DNA of 64,000 nt, taken from an uncultured Candidatus Sumerlaeota bacterium (lineage in GTDB: Bacteria; Sumerlaeota; Sumerlaeia; SLMS01). The translations under genes were made by a program, and so were the position numbers. This document shows positions 63,967 through 64,000 of the stretch, in pieces. The stretch spans positions 36,929 through 100,928 of the forward strand of contig CAYFUR010000002.1 of NCBI GenBank assembly GCA_964346275.1, in the 5' to 3' direction. The notes under the pieces were generated by a model, which had not been told where the DNA came from, did no database searches, and was given only the letters and a program-made list of their open reading frames with translations. Positions within the stretch are counted from its first letter, which is position 1. Each line of letters opens with the position of its first letter.

Positions 63967-64000
63967 TGGCGAGTGCTTCAGGGACGTAAGAAAGGGGCCG

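Noticed and set aside
1-64000. Search for CRISPR repeats, IS elements, integrases, toxin-antitoxin pairs, restriction-modification or other defence genes, and for long direct or inverted DNA repeats.
   Set aside because: None seen. No regularly spaced repeats, no transposase, recombinase or phage-like ORFs, and the gene content is chromosomal housekeeping, envelope and carbohydrate functions. The check was by eye only.

Overview
This is a visibly GC-rich bacterial chromosomal segment with about 52 tightly packed protein genes, many with 1-4 nt start/stop overlaps. I found no rRNA, no convincing tRNA, no CRISPR array, and no transposase, integrase or phage genes.

Gene content from left to right:
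- A C25 (gingipain-like) peptidase lipoprotein of more than 1427 aa. It runs off the left edge and is missing from the ORF track because it has no stop codon in the window.
- A serine-palmitoyltransferase-like alpha-oxoamine synthase.
- A divergent module of a sigma-54 enhancer-binding protein, a Cys-less thioredoxin-fold protein and an FHA-Ser/Thr kinase.
- ispDF, queD, and pdhABC (E1 alpha, E1 beta, E2, but no E3).
- zur plus znuABC, with Fur-box-like palindromes.
- A lysine-catabolism trio: lat, an aldehyde dehydrogenase, and DUF1338/HglS.
- A small lipoprotein, an orphan OppB-like permease, and a GT-C-like/PA14 membrane protein.
- A 10-gene type IV filament cluster (T2SS/T4P hybrid). It has an ATPase, a platform protein, four minor pseudopilins, a PilM-PilN fusion, PilO-like and PilP-like proteins and a small lipoprotein. 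It has no secretin, major pilin or prepilin peptidase.
- An orphan 409-aa protein, a CPA2 antiporter-EIIA fusion, and an FHA-PilZ protein.
- Two ATPase-less ABC-2 permease paralogues followed by a His/acid-rich helical protein.
- metG, argS, csp and glf.
- Two ATPase-less carbohydrate ABC uptake loci with unusual fusions: a MalF-MalG fusion, a solute-binding lipoprotein fused to a CE4 deacetylase, and a MalG-like permease with a ~235-aa loop insert. Two GH13 alpha-glucan hydrolases flank the second locus.

The best candidate for something new is the secretin-less filament cluster (25991-35987). The second is the sigma-54 EBP / Trx-like / FHA-kinase module (6085-9374).

All family assignments come from motif recognition by eye, not from database searches.
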